A stretch of DNA of 64,000 nt, from the NCBI RefSeq assembly GCF_009834535.1, contig NC_045696.1, positions 57,414,001 through 57,478,000 on the forward strand, read 5' to 3'. Positions 35,761 to 49,469 of the stretch are shown here, in pieces. The first letter of the stretch is position 1. Each line of letters starts with the position of its first letter. Position numbers and translations under genes: made by a program. Origin of the DNA: Camelus ferus (Eukaryota). The notes beneath the pieces were generated by a model. That model ran no database searches. It was not told the origin of the DNA and saw nothing but the letters and a program-made list of their open reading frames with translations.

Positions 35761-36569
35761 ACTTATATCCTCCTTTTGAGAGATTTTCTCCTTTTCTTCT
35801 ATTCTTCCCTTTTTTTGATTTTTATTCTTTGTTTCTCCTTCTATCTTTCCTCTACCTCCTGCTTTTAGTACTACCCTAGGCTTACAATACTATGCTGGGA
35901 ACTTCAGAATAAAGGTTCCAGAACAGAGGATTCTCTGCCCTTAAGATCAGAAAAGTCCACCTTGACTTCTCTGTCTTTTTTTATTCTTTGTCACTTCAGG
36001 ACTCTCTAAAATTATATTTATCTCCCAATTTTTTTTTCTCAACTACCAATGGTTTGTTTCAGTAAGTGCTTTTGTGGTTGGTCTTTAACGGATATGTATA
36101 TTAGTGCTATAGTACTTTGTGCTATAATCAACTAGCAAAAATTAGCCATCACTCTGGCTCTAGAGAGCAGACACCAGCAAACATCAGCTTCCTTCTGAGC
36201 TTCTTAAGAAATGAGAAAGCAAGAAATGAATATCCTGGAGCATTGAAAGGGAAAAGGCAGCTAATTCTTCTAATTTAATTCCAATACTATACCATCACAA
36301 AGAACTCCAACCCATCTACGTAAGGATGTGTAATTTGAAACTAGCAAGTTAACATAGAGTTTTCTTGATTTTTAGCTACCTGACAAATGAGCCCTCTGCC
36401 TTTGCACAAAAGAAGGGACAGAAGGTAAACAACAGTTCTTGGCCTTCCTGTGCCAAGGACACTAATAACTAGTTCCTCCTGAGGGATAAGTTCAATGAAA
36501 TGATATTCCTACTTCCTTCTGTGAAACTGATGAATTATTGTTTTCTTTTCTTTCTTATCAAGATCATTT

Positions 36570-36915
36570 GCAGTACTAATAGAAATATAAAGGGAGTCAA
36601 ATATATAATTTTAAATGTTCCAGTAGGCACATTAAAAAAGTAAACAGAAACATGTGAAATTAATATTTTGCATATACTGAGTTACATAAGCATAACAGTA
36701 TATGTAAAATACTAGCATTCCAACAGGTAATCAAAATTTAAAAATTAAAAAAAAACAAAATTTAAAAATTAAGGTGATGTTTTACACATTTTTTCCATAC
36801 CAAGTCTTCAAAATCTGGTATTTTCAACTTACAGCACAGTTAACTTTGTACTGGCTACATCACATATCAAACACTCAGTAGCCACAAGTGGTTACTGGCT
36901 ACTTAGTGCAAGTCT
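36570..36915. mobile_element. MER33-type hAT-Charlie MITE
   Basis: AATAGAAATATAA...AGTAGGCACATTAAAAAAGTAAA...CTCAGTAGCCACAAGTGGTTACTGGCTAC. Confidence 0.7.
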
Positions 36916-38522
36916 GTAGTATATCTTAGAAATGGATGCTTCAAAATGTGGCAAAATGTGTCCTTTATTGCCCTGTTGTAATTTTTTTCTATTTTCCTTT
37001 TCCTCCCTTTTCTGTACTCTGTCATTTTACTTTTTCTTTTCCCTCTTTGAAACTAATCCTCTTCTTTCCTATTTCTGACTAGCTCTGCTTTCAGTTCACT
37101 GTTATTTTCAGTAGTGAGTTTCAAAGACATGAAGGCCATCTAAACATGACCTAGACCCATCGTTTTTGTTTTTACTTCAATGGAGACTCATATTCCATTC
37201 TCTGGGTGAAGAAATGAGGTAAATGTGACTACTTTCCCCCCTCTTATTCCAAAGGAAAGTGTGAAAGCCAGAACAACTCTGCCTTTATAGCCCTCAGATA
37301 TCCTGTTGTGATGATGTCCCCTGCTTCTCTCTCTAGGGAATGGTGAACAAACTGGAGTATCTCACTTTACAGTAGAGGACCCTTTTACAAAGTATTGGAC
37401 TTATCTAAATTAGGCAAGATAATAAGACAACTCAATAAGGGCCAGGCTGATTCTTTGACAGGGAAGAGTTTAAAAAGAAGGTAGCCATGAAGTAAAGGTA
37501 TTAGAAAGGACCCACTGTCAGTTTGCAACACTGATATCACAGGTTAATGCTTAGATGGCCTTATTTAGCAGAGGGTAAATAGTAGGTGTGGATGTGATTC
37601 AGTGATGGTACAGGACTGTTTGTTGCAGATATGGCCTGATATCCCTCGAAGAGCCTGAGGAAGAAGGAGGTAGCAGACATCTCTTCCTATTTCCCTAGTA
37701 TTTACTCTGTTTTTTGAATGGCTTTAAAAAAAATCTTTGTAAAAGGTTAATCAGAGAATTCAACAAAGAGACTGTTCAAAATCTATCACTGTGAAAAACT
37801 GAAATTGATCTGGTTTAATAAGGGATTATAAAACTAAATGCTGTATGACCTAAAATCCTAATATGAAAGGATCCACTTATAACTATGTATAAGTAAATAA
37901 CTGGATATTAGGAAAACTGGTCATTAAGTGAAATAGGCAGCCTTGTGCTATGTATTTCCAAGGCAATAAAATATTACTATGCTCCAGATAAATCCCAGGA
38001 AAATTAGCATTTAATACCACCATTCTACAATTCAAGAATTATAATGATCTAATTATACCTAATATATTATCTGTGCATTAAAAAACATCAAATAGGCATT
38101 TGCATAGGACTATGCAGTTGACAAAATACCTTGCCATAAATTAGGTCATCTAATCTACACAGCAGATGAGTGAAAAAGATAGGGTAGACTTTGCTCATCA
38201 AACACATGTTAAAAGCTGACAATAAATAAAACTTAAGTCCTTATCTTTGAGATGCCCATAGGTCAAGTAAGAAAGAAAAAAATTAACAAACAACACTGCA
38301 TTATGGTAAATAATGTATAAGGTCTATGGAAATACTAAGGACTGAGTGTCTAAATCATTCTGGCCAGTGGTAAGGAGGTTCTCACTTTATAGAGGGAGAA
38401 AGTAAGGTTCAGAAAAGCTAAGTTACTTGACCAGGACTTTACAGCAGATAAACAGCAAAGTCAGGTATGAACCCATGTTTTTGCCTCCTAGTCCAGTACT
38501 CTTTGTACTACATCAGACTCAC

Positions 38523-38671
38523 TGCTCTCTGAAGTGTGACAGCTGCTTTATATTCCGTAAGAGATGGCCTCTGTTGGCGAAAATTTTTCCTTTCCCTGTA
38601 CCCTCTCCAATGTTTCTGGATAATCAATGCTGATTTCTCTTCTATTTCCCGTTTATGTTTTTCCACCTGAC
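38523..38671 (-). CDS. IQCB1: IQCB1 exon 12, 149 nt, with IQ motifs: (G)QVEKHKREIEEKSALIIQKHWRGYRERKNFRQQRPSLTEYKAAVTLQRA
   Basis: tttttag acceptor and GCA|gtgagt donor. IQxxxRGxxxR motif. Confidence 0.97.
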
Positions 38672-39428
38672 CTAAAAAGATGACAGACACTATTACAACA
38701 TACTCACTTCTATGCTTTCTGAAGTTCTGGAATCAGGACAATGAAAGTAACAACAGTCTTGCAGTCTTTTTATTTTTTTCAATACTGCTCACTGATTTTC
38801 CCAACTTTGTTATTTTACAATGTAAGATTTTAAAAACAAAGAGCTCTAAAAGCTTCCCCAGATTAGGCATCTTCTTTAGAAAAAAAGACTCATATAATTT
38901 TTTTGTGTCAGAGGAATGAGAAAAGGGCTAAAAATCTGATAGCAAAAACATTCAGAAAAAAGATACACAAGTAAATAGTTAAGAAGACTTTCAGTGCCAC
39001 CAGAGGGAAAGGGCAAATCATGTACATGTGTTACCTACTCTGTGTGATTCTAAATGTCTCTTTAGTCACTCATTTGATTCTACAGATGATTTTATTTTTA
39101 CTTTCTGGGAGTTGGTCAGCATATAACCCAGGGTTAACAGTAGCTAAGTGAGAGAATAAGGCAGTAGAAGGTAATAATAAAAAAGGATATATCTGAGAAA
39201 TAGTACAACAAATTAATAGAATTTAGTGACCAACTAGAACTAGACATGTAGGTGAGAGAGGAAAATAACTCTAGGGTGTCTTACAGATAGGAAACTGAGT
39301 AGACTGTTGGTGGAATTACCTGAGATGAGGAATACAGGAAGAGGAAGTTAGTGGGGGCAGATAATGACTAGTGTTACGGATGCTTGTAGATAGCTAAGTA
39401 AAATCAACCAACAGGCAGCTGGCTACAG

Positions 39429-39616
39429 AGCTGTGTTATTCAATGTAGTAGACACCAGCCACAAATAGCTACTTAAATTTAAATACAGTAAAATTAAAAT
39501 TTCATGTGCACTAGCCACATTTCAAGTAAATAGCCACCTGTAGTCATTGGCTACTGTATTGGACAGTGTAGATATAGAATATTTCATTTTGTCAAAAGTT
39601 ATACTGGGCAGGTTTG
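39429..39616 (+). mobile_element. MER3 hAT MITE nested in an L2 relic (~39130-39860)
   Basis: MER3-type CTAGCCACATTTCAAG...TGGCTACTGTATTGGACAGTG. 8-bp flanks GGCTACAG (39421-39428) and GTCTACAG (39617-39624). Confidence 0.8.
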
Positions 39617-40292
39617 GTCTACAGCTTAGCAGAAAGGATGACAATGCAGATAGGATTTCAGAGTGCTAAACACACAGTTGGTAGTTGAAGCTACAGTTAT
39701 GGATGGGAAGAGCAACATGAGAATAATGGGGTAAGGATGGAACTCTGGAAAACATCTATATTTAAGGGAAAGGAAGAGAAATAAGAGGCTATAAAGGATA
39801 CTGGGAATGAGTACCAAGAAGGGAGGGGAAGAACAAAAAAAGAATGCTGAAACAACTCAGATTTCCAGACTATACTTTAATATTAATTTCAGCTTAGTGT
39901 GTCAAAGGTGGTAAGAAGGTTCACAAAGCTTATCCTGGGGTATAGGTAAAGTTCTGAGGGCAGAATGTAGCAATAGTCTAACACCTTACTTAAGTTCAAG
40001 GGGTTCTTTCTTTATGTCACTGACAGCTATCTTTAAGCATAAAATTTTATGTTTCACTAATTTATCTGAAAGAAAAGAAAAACTAGTGGAGAGATTGCTC
40101 ATCATCAACTAATAGGCCTTAATTAGAAAAATCAGTAACTTTTTTTGACTTGAGAGATTTAAGGTTTATCTAAAAAAGGAGAAACAGGGAAAGGTCCACA
40201 TTTAAAATAAGAAATCATCAGGTAGCTAGGAAATTTATTTATTAAGATACTGTAGTCAGTCTTTCACTTATAAAACTGATACTGCCACGCAC

Positions 40293-40435
40293 CTGGATGA
40301 ACTACTTCGAGCATACTCAGTCGTATTTCTCGGGAAAGTCTCATGGCTCTCTGCCTTTGAAGTTGCACTTGTAATCTGCGATCTTCTTCTTCCTTCTGCC
40401 TATTTAGCTTCAGTAACATCTTTGTTCGTTTAGAT
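40293..40435 (-). CDS. IQCB1: IQCB1 exon 11, 143 nt: (R)SKRTKMLLKLNRQKEEEDRRLQVQLQRQRAMRLSREIRLSMLEVVHP
   Basis: catcacag acceptor and CAG|gtgcgt donor. Coiled-coil region. Confidence 0.96.
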
Positions 40436-40489
40436 CTGTGATGGAAACATTACCTTACACACAATTTTCATAATCATATGTCTACTCAA

Positions 40490-41110
40490 GAAGTATATGA
40501 AAAAAGACAACCTCACTAGTAATCATATAAATACAGACAGAAAAAAAAACTTTAAAGATAATTCCAAGTGTAGTTAGAATGTGATGAAATAAGTTTTCAT
40601 GTGCTGCTGCTGTACAACCTTCCTAGAGAAATATCTGGATATATGCATCAACATATGTATCAACAGCCTTAAAAATGTTAACCAATTAATTTCATTTCTA
40701 ATAATTTTCTTAAGGAAAAATCCAGTATGTATGTAAATAATTAAGAATGTTCTCCACAGCATTACAACAGTAACAAGTTGAAAATAAACCATATGTCCCA
40801 CAATAGTGAGTTATATAAATAAATACTGATTCATTCACTGGATGAAACTCTATAAACTATGAGAAAAATAGTTTCAAAGAATATTTAGTAATATAGGAAT
40901 ATACCCACAATCTACTGTCAAGTGAAAATAAAATCAGGATAATTTATGAGATTCAAATTGTGTTTAAAAATATATATTTACTTATATAGAAAAATAAATA
41001 ATTAAAATGCATTAAAATTCCAACAGGGATTTTCACTGCATGTGATTATAGATGGCTTTAATTTTCTTCATATGTTTACCTATTTATCACTTATTAATTA
41101 TTTTTATAAC
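40490..41110 (+). mobile_element. Old L1ME 3' fragment
   Basis: Degenerate L1 3' motifs (CAACCTCACTAGTAATCA; AAATAAACCATATGTCCCACAATAG). Confidence 0.6.
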
Positions 41111-42874
41111 CGATCATAGAATTTTTCATGTGGCTGCAAAATTTTTATTCAGTTAGCATTTCTATATTATCTGCTTTTATTCACCAAAATTTCTCCTCAG
41201 CTCTTTCTGTCTATAGTTTTTTATTACTTCCTATTATCACTATGTAAGGAGATCACAAATGTTAGTATACAGTAAATATACTCAAAATGCCTTCAGATAC
41301 CCATACAAAAAGAAATCAGACAATTAAAATGAGAAACAGACTGCAATCTATCTCTATAGATTTAATTTGCATGTATCCACTCAAGAGCATTTGCTTTCTT
41401 ATAGATTCTTAGAATTAAATGGCCAACAAATGTAGTACCTTGGCTACAGCTTTGGAGTCTTAACAGGCAGACTTCATACTGGTGTAGTTAGAGAGGGTTA
41501 TAATGATTTTAACTCAATTTCTTTTGAAACAGCAAATACAATTAAGTATAACACAACTTTAAAAGGAAAACTACAAAATGATTTTGATAATATTTTGTAT
41601 GTATAGTTTTTGTTTTCTTACAATTTCTTAACTGCTACCAATTACAATTTAAGTTTTCTCTGGCTTTCTACTTAAGCCAGAGTTGAGCTGAGGATTTATT
41701 TGTGTCAAAACATCTTTCTTAACCCTATTATCAAAGGTAGAGAAGACCTCAAGTATGTGTGTGTACCAGAAGGAGAAGGGGTTCTAGAGAGGATGTAGGG
41801 CAAGCTGAATAGTTTCTAACTATCTCTCCTGCTCCCTTCGAAGTGCTGGGGATCAAGTAAAGAAAGGCTCTTTCCTTCTTAAAGAATGGCTAACGGAAAC
41901 TTGACTCGCCCAAAGAACTCCCCTCCAAAACTGGGTTGTATAATAGTATATAGATAAGAATGTTTTGCCCTTTACCTACTTATAGAGGGTAAAAGAGAAC
42001 AAGCCCTAAACAGAATCTACTTTCAAACTGATTAACAACAAAGCAAAACAAAAAACCACCTGTTTCTAATTTCTAATTGATTATAGATTATAATGTCTAA
42101 TACTGCATTACTAATATTTTTACTATACTATAGTATGAGAAACATAGTAATCATTAAAACCACATTGCTAAGACATTTAACCTGTCAGAAAACTGGGTTT
42201 GAGAAATAGCATAGGTATGCAGGTTATGAAACTAGCAAAACTGCAAAGACCATGTAGCATACAGGTAGAAGTAAAATACAAACCAGGAAAACAGTAGACA
42301 AGTGAGGTTCAGTGATTGAATAACGACAATAAATTATAAATATATGTGCTTCTGAATTCATGTGTTTTAACCTACTGTTTTGAAAACATTTATTAGGAAT
42401 TAATGTGATTTTGCATATTTTCCAACTCCCCTTAGGGATATTCTAGGTATTCTGTGGGTAAAGGTTTCTATAATCACTCAAAAATTAAAAGATTATTAAT
42501 GTAACTGGTTTCTTTGTGAGAAAAAGTAGCCATTTGACTATCTGGAATTTGTACTGCACTTCTGAAAAGGAAGACTGATATCATATTCTCAAAATAATTT
42601 ACCTAAGTATGTTTCATGATTTACATTTAATTAACATGAACCTTTACCATCAAAGAGAGAGCTGACCTAAGTATCTGCTGCCAAGACATCAGGAATTCTC
42701 CAGAAATTTCTCTGTCATAGAATACGAAGTATGAACCAGAGGAGACCCATATAGTTGATGGGCAAAGTAGGTCATGGGTTCTGTTCATTATTAACTCAAC
42801 AAACATTTGAGTGATTGCTGCCTTAGGTGAAGAGAGAAGAAATACAGCCCTTGAGCTTAGTTTCAAGGAGAAGT

Positions 42875-43383
42875 TGAAGGGTAGTGGAATATGCCAGTTT
42901 GGCATAAAGACTGTTTTGTGCTGGAGGCAAATGAGAATCAAAAAATGCAGAAATAAGCCTTCCCAGAGCTTCCCTTAACTAACTAAAAACAGAAACATCT
43001 GAGAAATGAAGACTGCCATAGATGCCATGGCCATGAAGATGGAAAGCTGGTGCCAAGACAGATCTACAGAAATAACCCATATCTTCCATGAGTTTCCCCA
43101 ATATATCTACCTTCCCACAGTTTGCTGCCCTTGGAAGCCTGAAATCTTTTTCTTTTCACCTGCCATTTTTCTATAAATGTATTGTTCTTTTTTAATATCT
43201 ATATAAGCCCAAGTTCTAACCACCCCTTTTAGTTACCCATCACATCAAGTTTCTTGTGTGAGTGCTGCACACATTAATAAACTTTTTCTCTTTTTAATCT
43301 GGTATTTTTTGGTCAGTATAATTTTCAGGGCCCCAGCCAATGAACCTAAAATGGGTAGAGGGAACAATTATTTCTCCCCTACA
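42875..43383 (+). mobile_element. Solo ERV1-class LTR (MER34-like), 509 bp
   Basis: TG...CA ends with a perfect 4-bp TSD AAGT (42871-42874 and 43384-43387). TATATAAG ~43201, AATAAA ~43276, MER34-like end CTCCCCTACA. Confidence 0.85.
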
Positions 43384-44828
43384 AAGTCAAATAATTATAA
43401 ATAAAAGACCTAATATCAGCACCATGATAGAGGTAGGTAAATTGTGAGCTTTCCGAAGGTAATTGAAATAACTGTTCCTTTAGAAAACCTTGCTGAGGAG
43501 AAGGGTACTTAACAGAAAACAAAGTTTCTGACCAAGAAAATGATTAAATAAAAAGAAACCACCAAGAAAGTGCTTTAGCAAGGATGTGACAGTAAAAATG
43601 TACCTCTTGTTGAATCTGAAGAGCTCTGATGAATCAAGGTCCATAACTGTGAGTGGTGGGCAGTCTCTCCCCAAAAAATCAGGGAGGGGGAAAATTACTC
43701 TGAGATAATGACCTGACCACAAATAGACAGAAATAACCTTTGCAGAAAGCCCAGCTACAAAGGAAGTAAGAGAAATTTGCATAAACGTTGCAACTAATAG
43801 AAGAGGAAAGATGCTGACACCTGGAGAAAACTTGAGGTTAAAAAATTAAAAACACATCATAATATGAGATTTAAATAATTTTGGCTTCAGGTAAACGTCT
43901 TTTAATGGATGTATTTGTACCCAGTCTGGTTTTGTTACATAGGCAATGGAACTTCTATTTTTAAAGAGTGGAATATTAATTAAATTCCATAGATATCCTT
44001 CTAAATGGACAAAATCTGTCATCCTAAGATACTATTAAATAAAGATTTTAATTGCAAAGGAAAGTAAACTGGCAAATTTAGCAACTACTATAAGGCTAAA
44101 CATTAACAGTCTGAATTCATGGCATAGGGACACTTAAATGTTAAGAGCACATTCAGCTGAGAATGATAGCCAAGTAGAAAATCTGTAAGTCATAAATAGT
44201 CCACTTGAGTTCACCACAGAAAGCAAGGCTATACCAAGAACATATGAGACTCCTGAATAAAAGAATATACATTGTAACTCTCAAAGTATTCATCACTTCT
44301 CAAATTTATTTGACCAAAGAAATACTTTACATGTGTTTTTTAAGAAAACAGCTAGTAGATAGACAATAAACTTTGAGCAATGTTGGAATGGATTACACGT
44401 GCCTCTCATGAGAACTGCTTATTTAACAGATGTCTGTCTAACTAGATTTGTAAATCTTCAAGAGCAAAAAATATGCCATATGCATTTTCCCTCCTACCAC
44501 TTTCTAAGTAACATGCTAGAAAAACTTTCTATTCTTTTAATCTTGTGAGGTACATAGACAATTATCCCCATCTTATTGATGGGAAATTAGAGGCTGAGAA
44601 AGGTGGGACAACTTGTCCAAGGTGATTCAGCCCTTAAGTTTCTGATGAGGGATACAAATTCAAGTCTGTTTAACTCTCCCACTACCACGCATAGCTCCTG
44701 GCACACATTAGGCACTTGCAGCATGTTTAAAAATACTAATTTTTTTTGCTACCAACAAAACTCATGCCCAATGATATCAATAACTTTATAAGTCTTCTCT
44801 GAAGGAAACTTTTATCTATGAAAAGAAT

Positions 44829-45301
44829 GTCCACTAAGGGACACAGTTAGCCAGAGTGGCTTAAATATCTACCACTAACCCATCAAATTCTTAGACACAA
44901 TAGAAAGAAAACACTCAGAACAAATGACTTAGCTCCTGAGGTCATTTGTGACAAAGTAGAGCCATCTCAAAGGTGATTTCCTCATGCAGCCTAACTTAAA
45001 GGTGAATTTTAGTTCACTATTTTAAAACATGTTTCTAACTGAGAAATGCAGCTGCAGTCTTGAAAGAAAGGTTTCAGTTTTCTTAAAAAAAAAAAAAAAC
45101 ACTGACTTTTGGAATATGCAAGTTTCACTTTAGTGAATTAAAATTTAGCTAAGTTAGGTTGCATGAAAAATCACCTCTGAGATGGCTCTACTTTATCATC
45201 AATGAGGGGATAACTCATTTGTGTGTGTGTTCTTTTTAGTGCCTCTAAGAATCTGGATGGGTTAGTTATATGTAAACTGAGCTATGTCTTCAGTATTTGA
45301 C
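44829..45301. repeat. Long imperfect inverted repeat / fold-back element, probably an ancient long-TIR MITE
   Basis: Arm 44874-45019 is the reverse complement of 45131-45266. Core 44948-44998 vs 45150-45199 is ~45/51 identical. Weaker pairing extends to ~44829/45301. Confidence 0.85.
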
Positions 45302-45796
45302 TTTTAGTCCACTTGAAATAGAGATAAATGACAAACTATGTCATATCTCAATGACCATATATATCCATGCCATATTTACTGAGGAAAATCAGGTTGACAT
45401 ACTTATATACTCATATGTATTTTTACCATAATTAACATATGAACGATTACGGCAACTTTAAAGTTTTAAGGGTTTAATAAGGTAACTGACCATCACTGGC
45501 TCCCTCTGTAGGCTTGGCCCACACAAAAAAAGTCTTATTAAGTGAACAGGATTATATATTTGTTACATTAGATTCCTGTCTTACAGTATGTCCTTTGCTT
45601 TGAAAGTACATCTGGTTAATGGAATGCTGGTACTCAGAAATGAATGGAACAAGAATGAAAGCAAGAATAAAATAGATTACCAAAACTGAAAAAGAAAAAA
45701 AGAACCCCAGACTCTTAAGTTTTCACTCAGCTGTGCTCTAATAAAACATATCTAGCCCTCTCAAGAACATCATTCCTCTCACCAAAATTTTTTTAC

Positions 45797-45906
45797 CTGA
45801 AACTCCTCTGCAAAGTAATCACAGCAGATGGAAGCTTCTTTAATCTCTTTCTAGTTTGAAAACCCTTCCAATAAGCTTGAATCAAGCAAGCTGCTTGATG
45901 CAGTTT
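45797..45906 (-). CDS. IQCB1: IQCB1 exon 10, 110 nt, with IQ motifs: KLHQAACLIQAYWKGFQTRKRLKKLPSAVITLQRSF(R)
   Basis: aatttcag acceptor and CAG|gtaaaa donor. Confidence 0.97.
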
Positions 45907-46501
45907 CTGAAATTAAAGCCCAGAATTAATTTACAGACATCTCTAGGGAAGTCTTTTTTAGAAGTTTACTTCTTAAAATATCAGGTATTAATCTCCACCT
46001 CTAATAAGCTGGGCAGAAGGCAACATTTTCATAGGTCCAGGACAGGGAAGGCCTAAGAATGTTAAACCTGACTTCCCAAAGGAGGCTCACTTAGGCAATA
46101 TCTAGAACATATTCAAGATAGTCTGGTTAGCTCCAAATTCTTCCTGACTAATCTCACTTCCAATCCCATTACAAGGATTTTTTAGTCCTGCTTATTTAAT
46201 GCTTTAACATCTTTGCCTGACTTCTTTGCATGGCTTCACTTAATCAAGGATTCAAAGGTATGAAGGACTCTGTACATGCTTAAAAATAGAAAAAGGCTCT
46301 AGGGTTAAGAATTTAGTCCATAAACAACTCCTTCTCCCATCAAACTATTGCTGCTCTGGATGTTTGGGGGAAATAAGTAAAGGAAAGGGGAGAGAGAGCA
46401 AATAAAAGATTCAAGAGGCTACCATTCTCCAATATTTTGAAATTAAAATGTTTACTGAAATGTTAGCAAATACCGTGCAAATTATTTTTATAATTTGATA
46501 C

Positions 46502-46611
46502 CTGCTCTTCTACTTCCTGATAGACGTTAGGGCTTAAAAGAGCAATGAGCTGTCTAAGTTCTTGAGTAAACTCTGTCCCAGGCTCTTGTTTATTTAGTAG
46601 ACTTCTGAGTC
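46502..46611 (-). CDS. IQCB1: IQCB1 exon 9, 110 nt: (G)LRSLLNKQEPGTEFTQELRQLIALLSPNVYQEVEEQ
   Basis: catttcag acceptor and CAG|gtatca donor. Confidence 0.96.
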
Positions 46612-47849
46612 CTGAAATGCAATAACAAAATATGATTTTGTTATCTAACCAGAATTAATTTGAGGTTAAGAAGTCTAGTTTAGAAACAAATGAACACAAT
46701 AAAAAGACTAATCACATCATTTTTCTTTTTCCTTTTCTCAAAAACTTCTAGACCGAGGTCTTTAAGGATATTCCTCTATCCTAAAAGTTTTTATGTGCTA
46801 ACTGAGATCTGATGCAAAATCTGTCTAGTCATTCTTTTTAATTAAAAAAAAGAAGGGGAGTGAAATCATTGTGATAAGTCAAGGAACAGAATTATACAGG
46901 TTTTTTTTTCCTGTTTGAACATAAATACCTTAAACCAAAACATTTTTTAAAAGATAATGAATACATACTGAGTAAATAAATGCCTATCCTATGGAAGCAT
47001 TTAAGCAGGTTACTAGTTACTATTAATTAAAGGAAGTTATTATTAAACAAAAATGTACAGTAATGTATGTAATTTGGGGCAAATCAATAGGTTCCCTGAG
47101 CATATATATTATAGGAGAAATGCTGTAACACTAGAATACTACACTTTCATCCCAAAACAAAACCGAGCAATAATATAAGGTACAAAGTAAGTATTATTTC
47201 CAGGGCATGGTGGACTGATGCATTGTAATGTATGTATTCAATATACAAGGGAAAATGGCCTTGGAGTATACAACTGGGGAATCCACTGTATAGATCCTTC
47301 CATGTCTAATACTTTCTTCAAGACTCAAGTTCTCAGCAGCATTAACAACTGTAAAATATCTTGAGGAAACTGAGTAAGTTCTACTGCTAAGAAAGAGAAA
47401 TATTGTTAAGATAAAATTCCTTTATAATGAAATCTGCTGGACAGTCACATTTCTATAGAAGAAATCTAATTACAAAGATAAAAAATATGTATCTGGCACA
47501 ATATCATGTACAGAATTTTTTAACTGGCACTTTCTCTCCCTATCTATTCCTATAATACATAAAATAATTATGTTCACAGTAATGAGTAATGCAAGCTAAG
47601 TCACTAAAGTGCCTTCCAAATCATCAGGAATGACTGAAGTCCACTGTAATTGTTTTGGTATTAAATGCATCACATTATATTCTAATGTTTGAAAATTTAC
47701 ATATAACCCTGTATTAATAAGTACATATAATAACTAGAAACCTAGTCCTTGACCATACTGAATAAGAAAATATATTGTAATGAATTCACAGCTCTGGCTA
47801 GCAAAAAAAATAAAATTAAGCTAACACATAACTTTACTAGGTAATTTAA

Positions 47850-48000
47850 AAAAAACTGAGTGATCTTGGGTAATTTACCTACTTTTTCCATGCCTCTGTT
47901 TCTACTGCTATAAAATGAGGTTAAGAGTAAACATCTCATGGGATTGTTATGAAGATTAAATAGTTTAACACATGTAAAGTTTGTAGAATAGTAGAAAACT
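47850..48000 (+). mobile_element. MIR SINE
   Basis: GTGATCTTGGGTAATTTACC...TGCCTCTGTTTCTAC...GGATTGTTATGAAGATTAAAT. Confidence 0.75.
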
Positions 48001-48512
48001 ATTATATGGGAATGGTCATACACTGAGTCCTTTCCTTCTTAGGTTTTCTGACTTTTTATTCACATATACGTTTGGTTTTGGAGGTGAGGGAAAGTTTTTG
48101 TTTGTTTTGAGGAAAGGCAGTATAGGAGCTGAAGAGTAATTATTAATTGATGTAAAAATCAAAAGGGCTGTCAATCTCTCAAGCATAGCTCTATTTTCTC
48201 AGTAAAGTTAGGTAAGATCACTAATCTTTTTGGTCATTATTTTACTACACTATGTGGCATATTCAATACACCTTTTTGTCAGAGAGGGAGCAATATTCAT
48301 TGTAACCTCATCAATAAAGTATCATATGCCATCTGTTGAGACATGAAGATGGTGGATAACATCAAGATTTTTCTCCTCATTTTTCCTGTTGTGACAGTTT
48401 TATCTGCACATTTCAGTATTTTTTTAAAACACAGGTATTTTTTTTCCATAAACCACCAATAAAAATGTTCTTTTTGAAAACCTCAAGAGAAAAAAGAATA
48501 TATAAGCACTAC

Positions 48513-48691
48513 CTTTGTAGCAGGCACTTAGTCTCAGTAAAATCAAAATTTCCTGATGGGATTCAGCCATCAACAGTAGGAGTTTTGTAGCAGTACTTCT
48601 TATAACCGGACTAGTTGTTGATAAAAGTTTGAAAACAACTTCATCTAAAATTGAATGCAGAGTTTTCACTTCTATTCTGAGTAAATCACCA
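48513..48691 (-). CDS. IQCB1: IQCB1 exon 8, 179 nt: (S)GDLLRIEVKTLHSILDEVVFKLLSTTSPVIRSTATKLLLLMAESHQEILILLRLSACYK
   Basis: ctattag acceptor and AAG|gtagtg donor. Confidence 0.96.
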
Positions 48692-49469
48692 CTAATAGAA
48701 CAAAATAAAAAAAATAAAAAGTACCATTACTGCTTGATGCATAAGTATTACAACAAATTAAACATAAAACGTTCAGCAACTTGATGCCTGACTGTGGTTT
48801 GATCCAAGAAGATAACCAAATTTTAAGTGCATAGCTTAGTTCCAAGAATATACCACATTAAACCAATTAATTGAATTCTTACTGTATATAAGGCACCATG
48901 CTAAGTAAAATAGGGAATACAAAGTAGCCAAAGGCCCTCTCCTCAGAGAAACCTGCAATCAAATTGGGGAGGAAAGATAAATGTACAAAATATTAAATAG
49001 ATGATTCAAAAGAATTCAAGGTAATAATAAGAGGAAAATCACAAGACAGTAAATACATGGTTCATTGTTTAATGATGTATGAAGACAAACATGCTACAGG
49101 AATTTAATTATCATGTACTTAATGTAGAAGGAACTTTAATTTCTTTTGGTATTTCCTTTATTATACTAGCAACCTCATCTTGCATTACTGATGTCGTGAA
49201 AAATTACCTGATACTTAGAAATAATCAAAAGGGATTACTGAGCGTCCTTTTACTCATCCCATTAAGGAACATGTCATTTTCTAGGGGTGCGTACCTTTGA
49301 CTATCTATTTACTACTTATTAGGATATTTTGCAATTCTGTAAAAATAGATATTGGCCTGTAGAAAATGAATAATGGCAATGATTCTTATCTGAGAGCAAT
49401 GCAAATAGATTCTTATTCAACAACAATATAAATGACTTGCATTCAGTTAGAAAAAGTAATCATAAAGTT

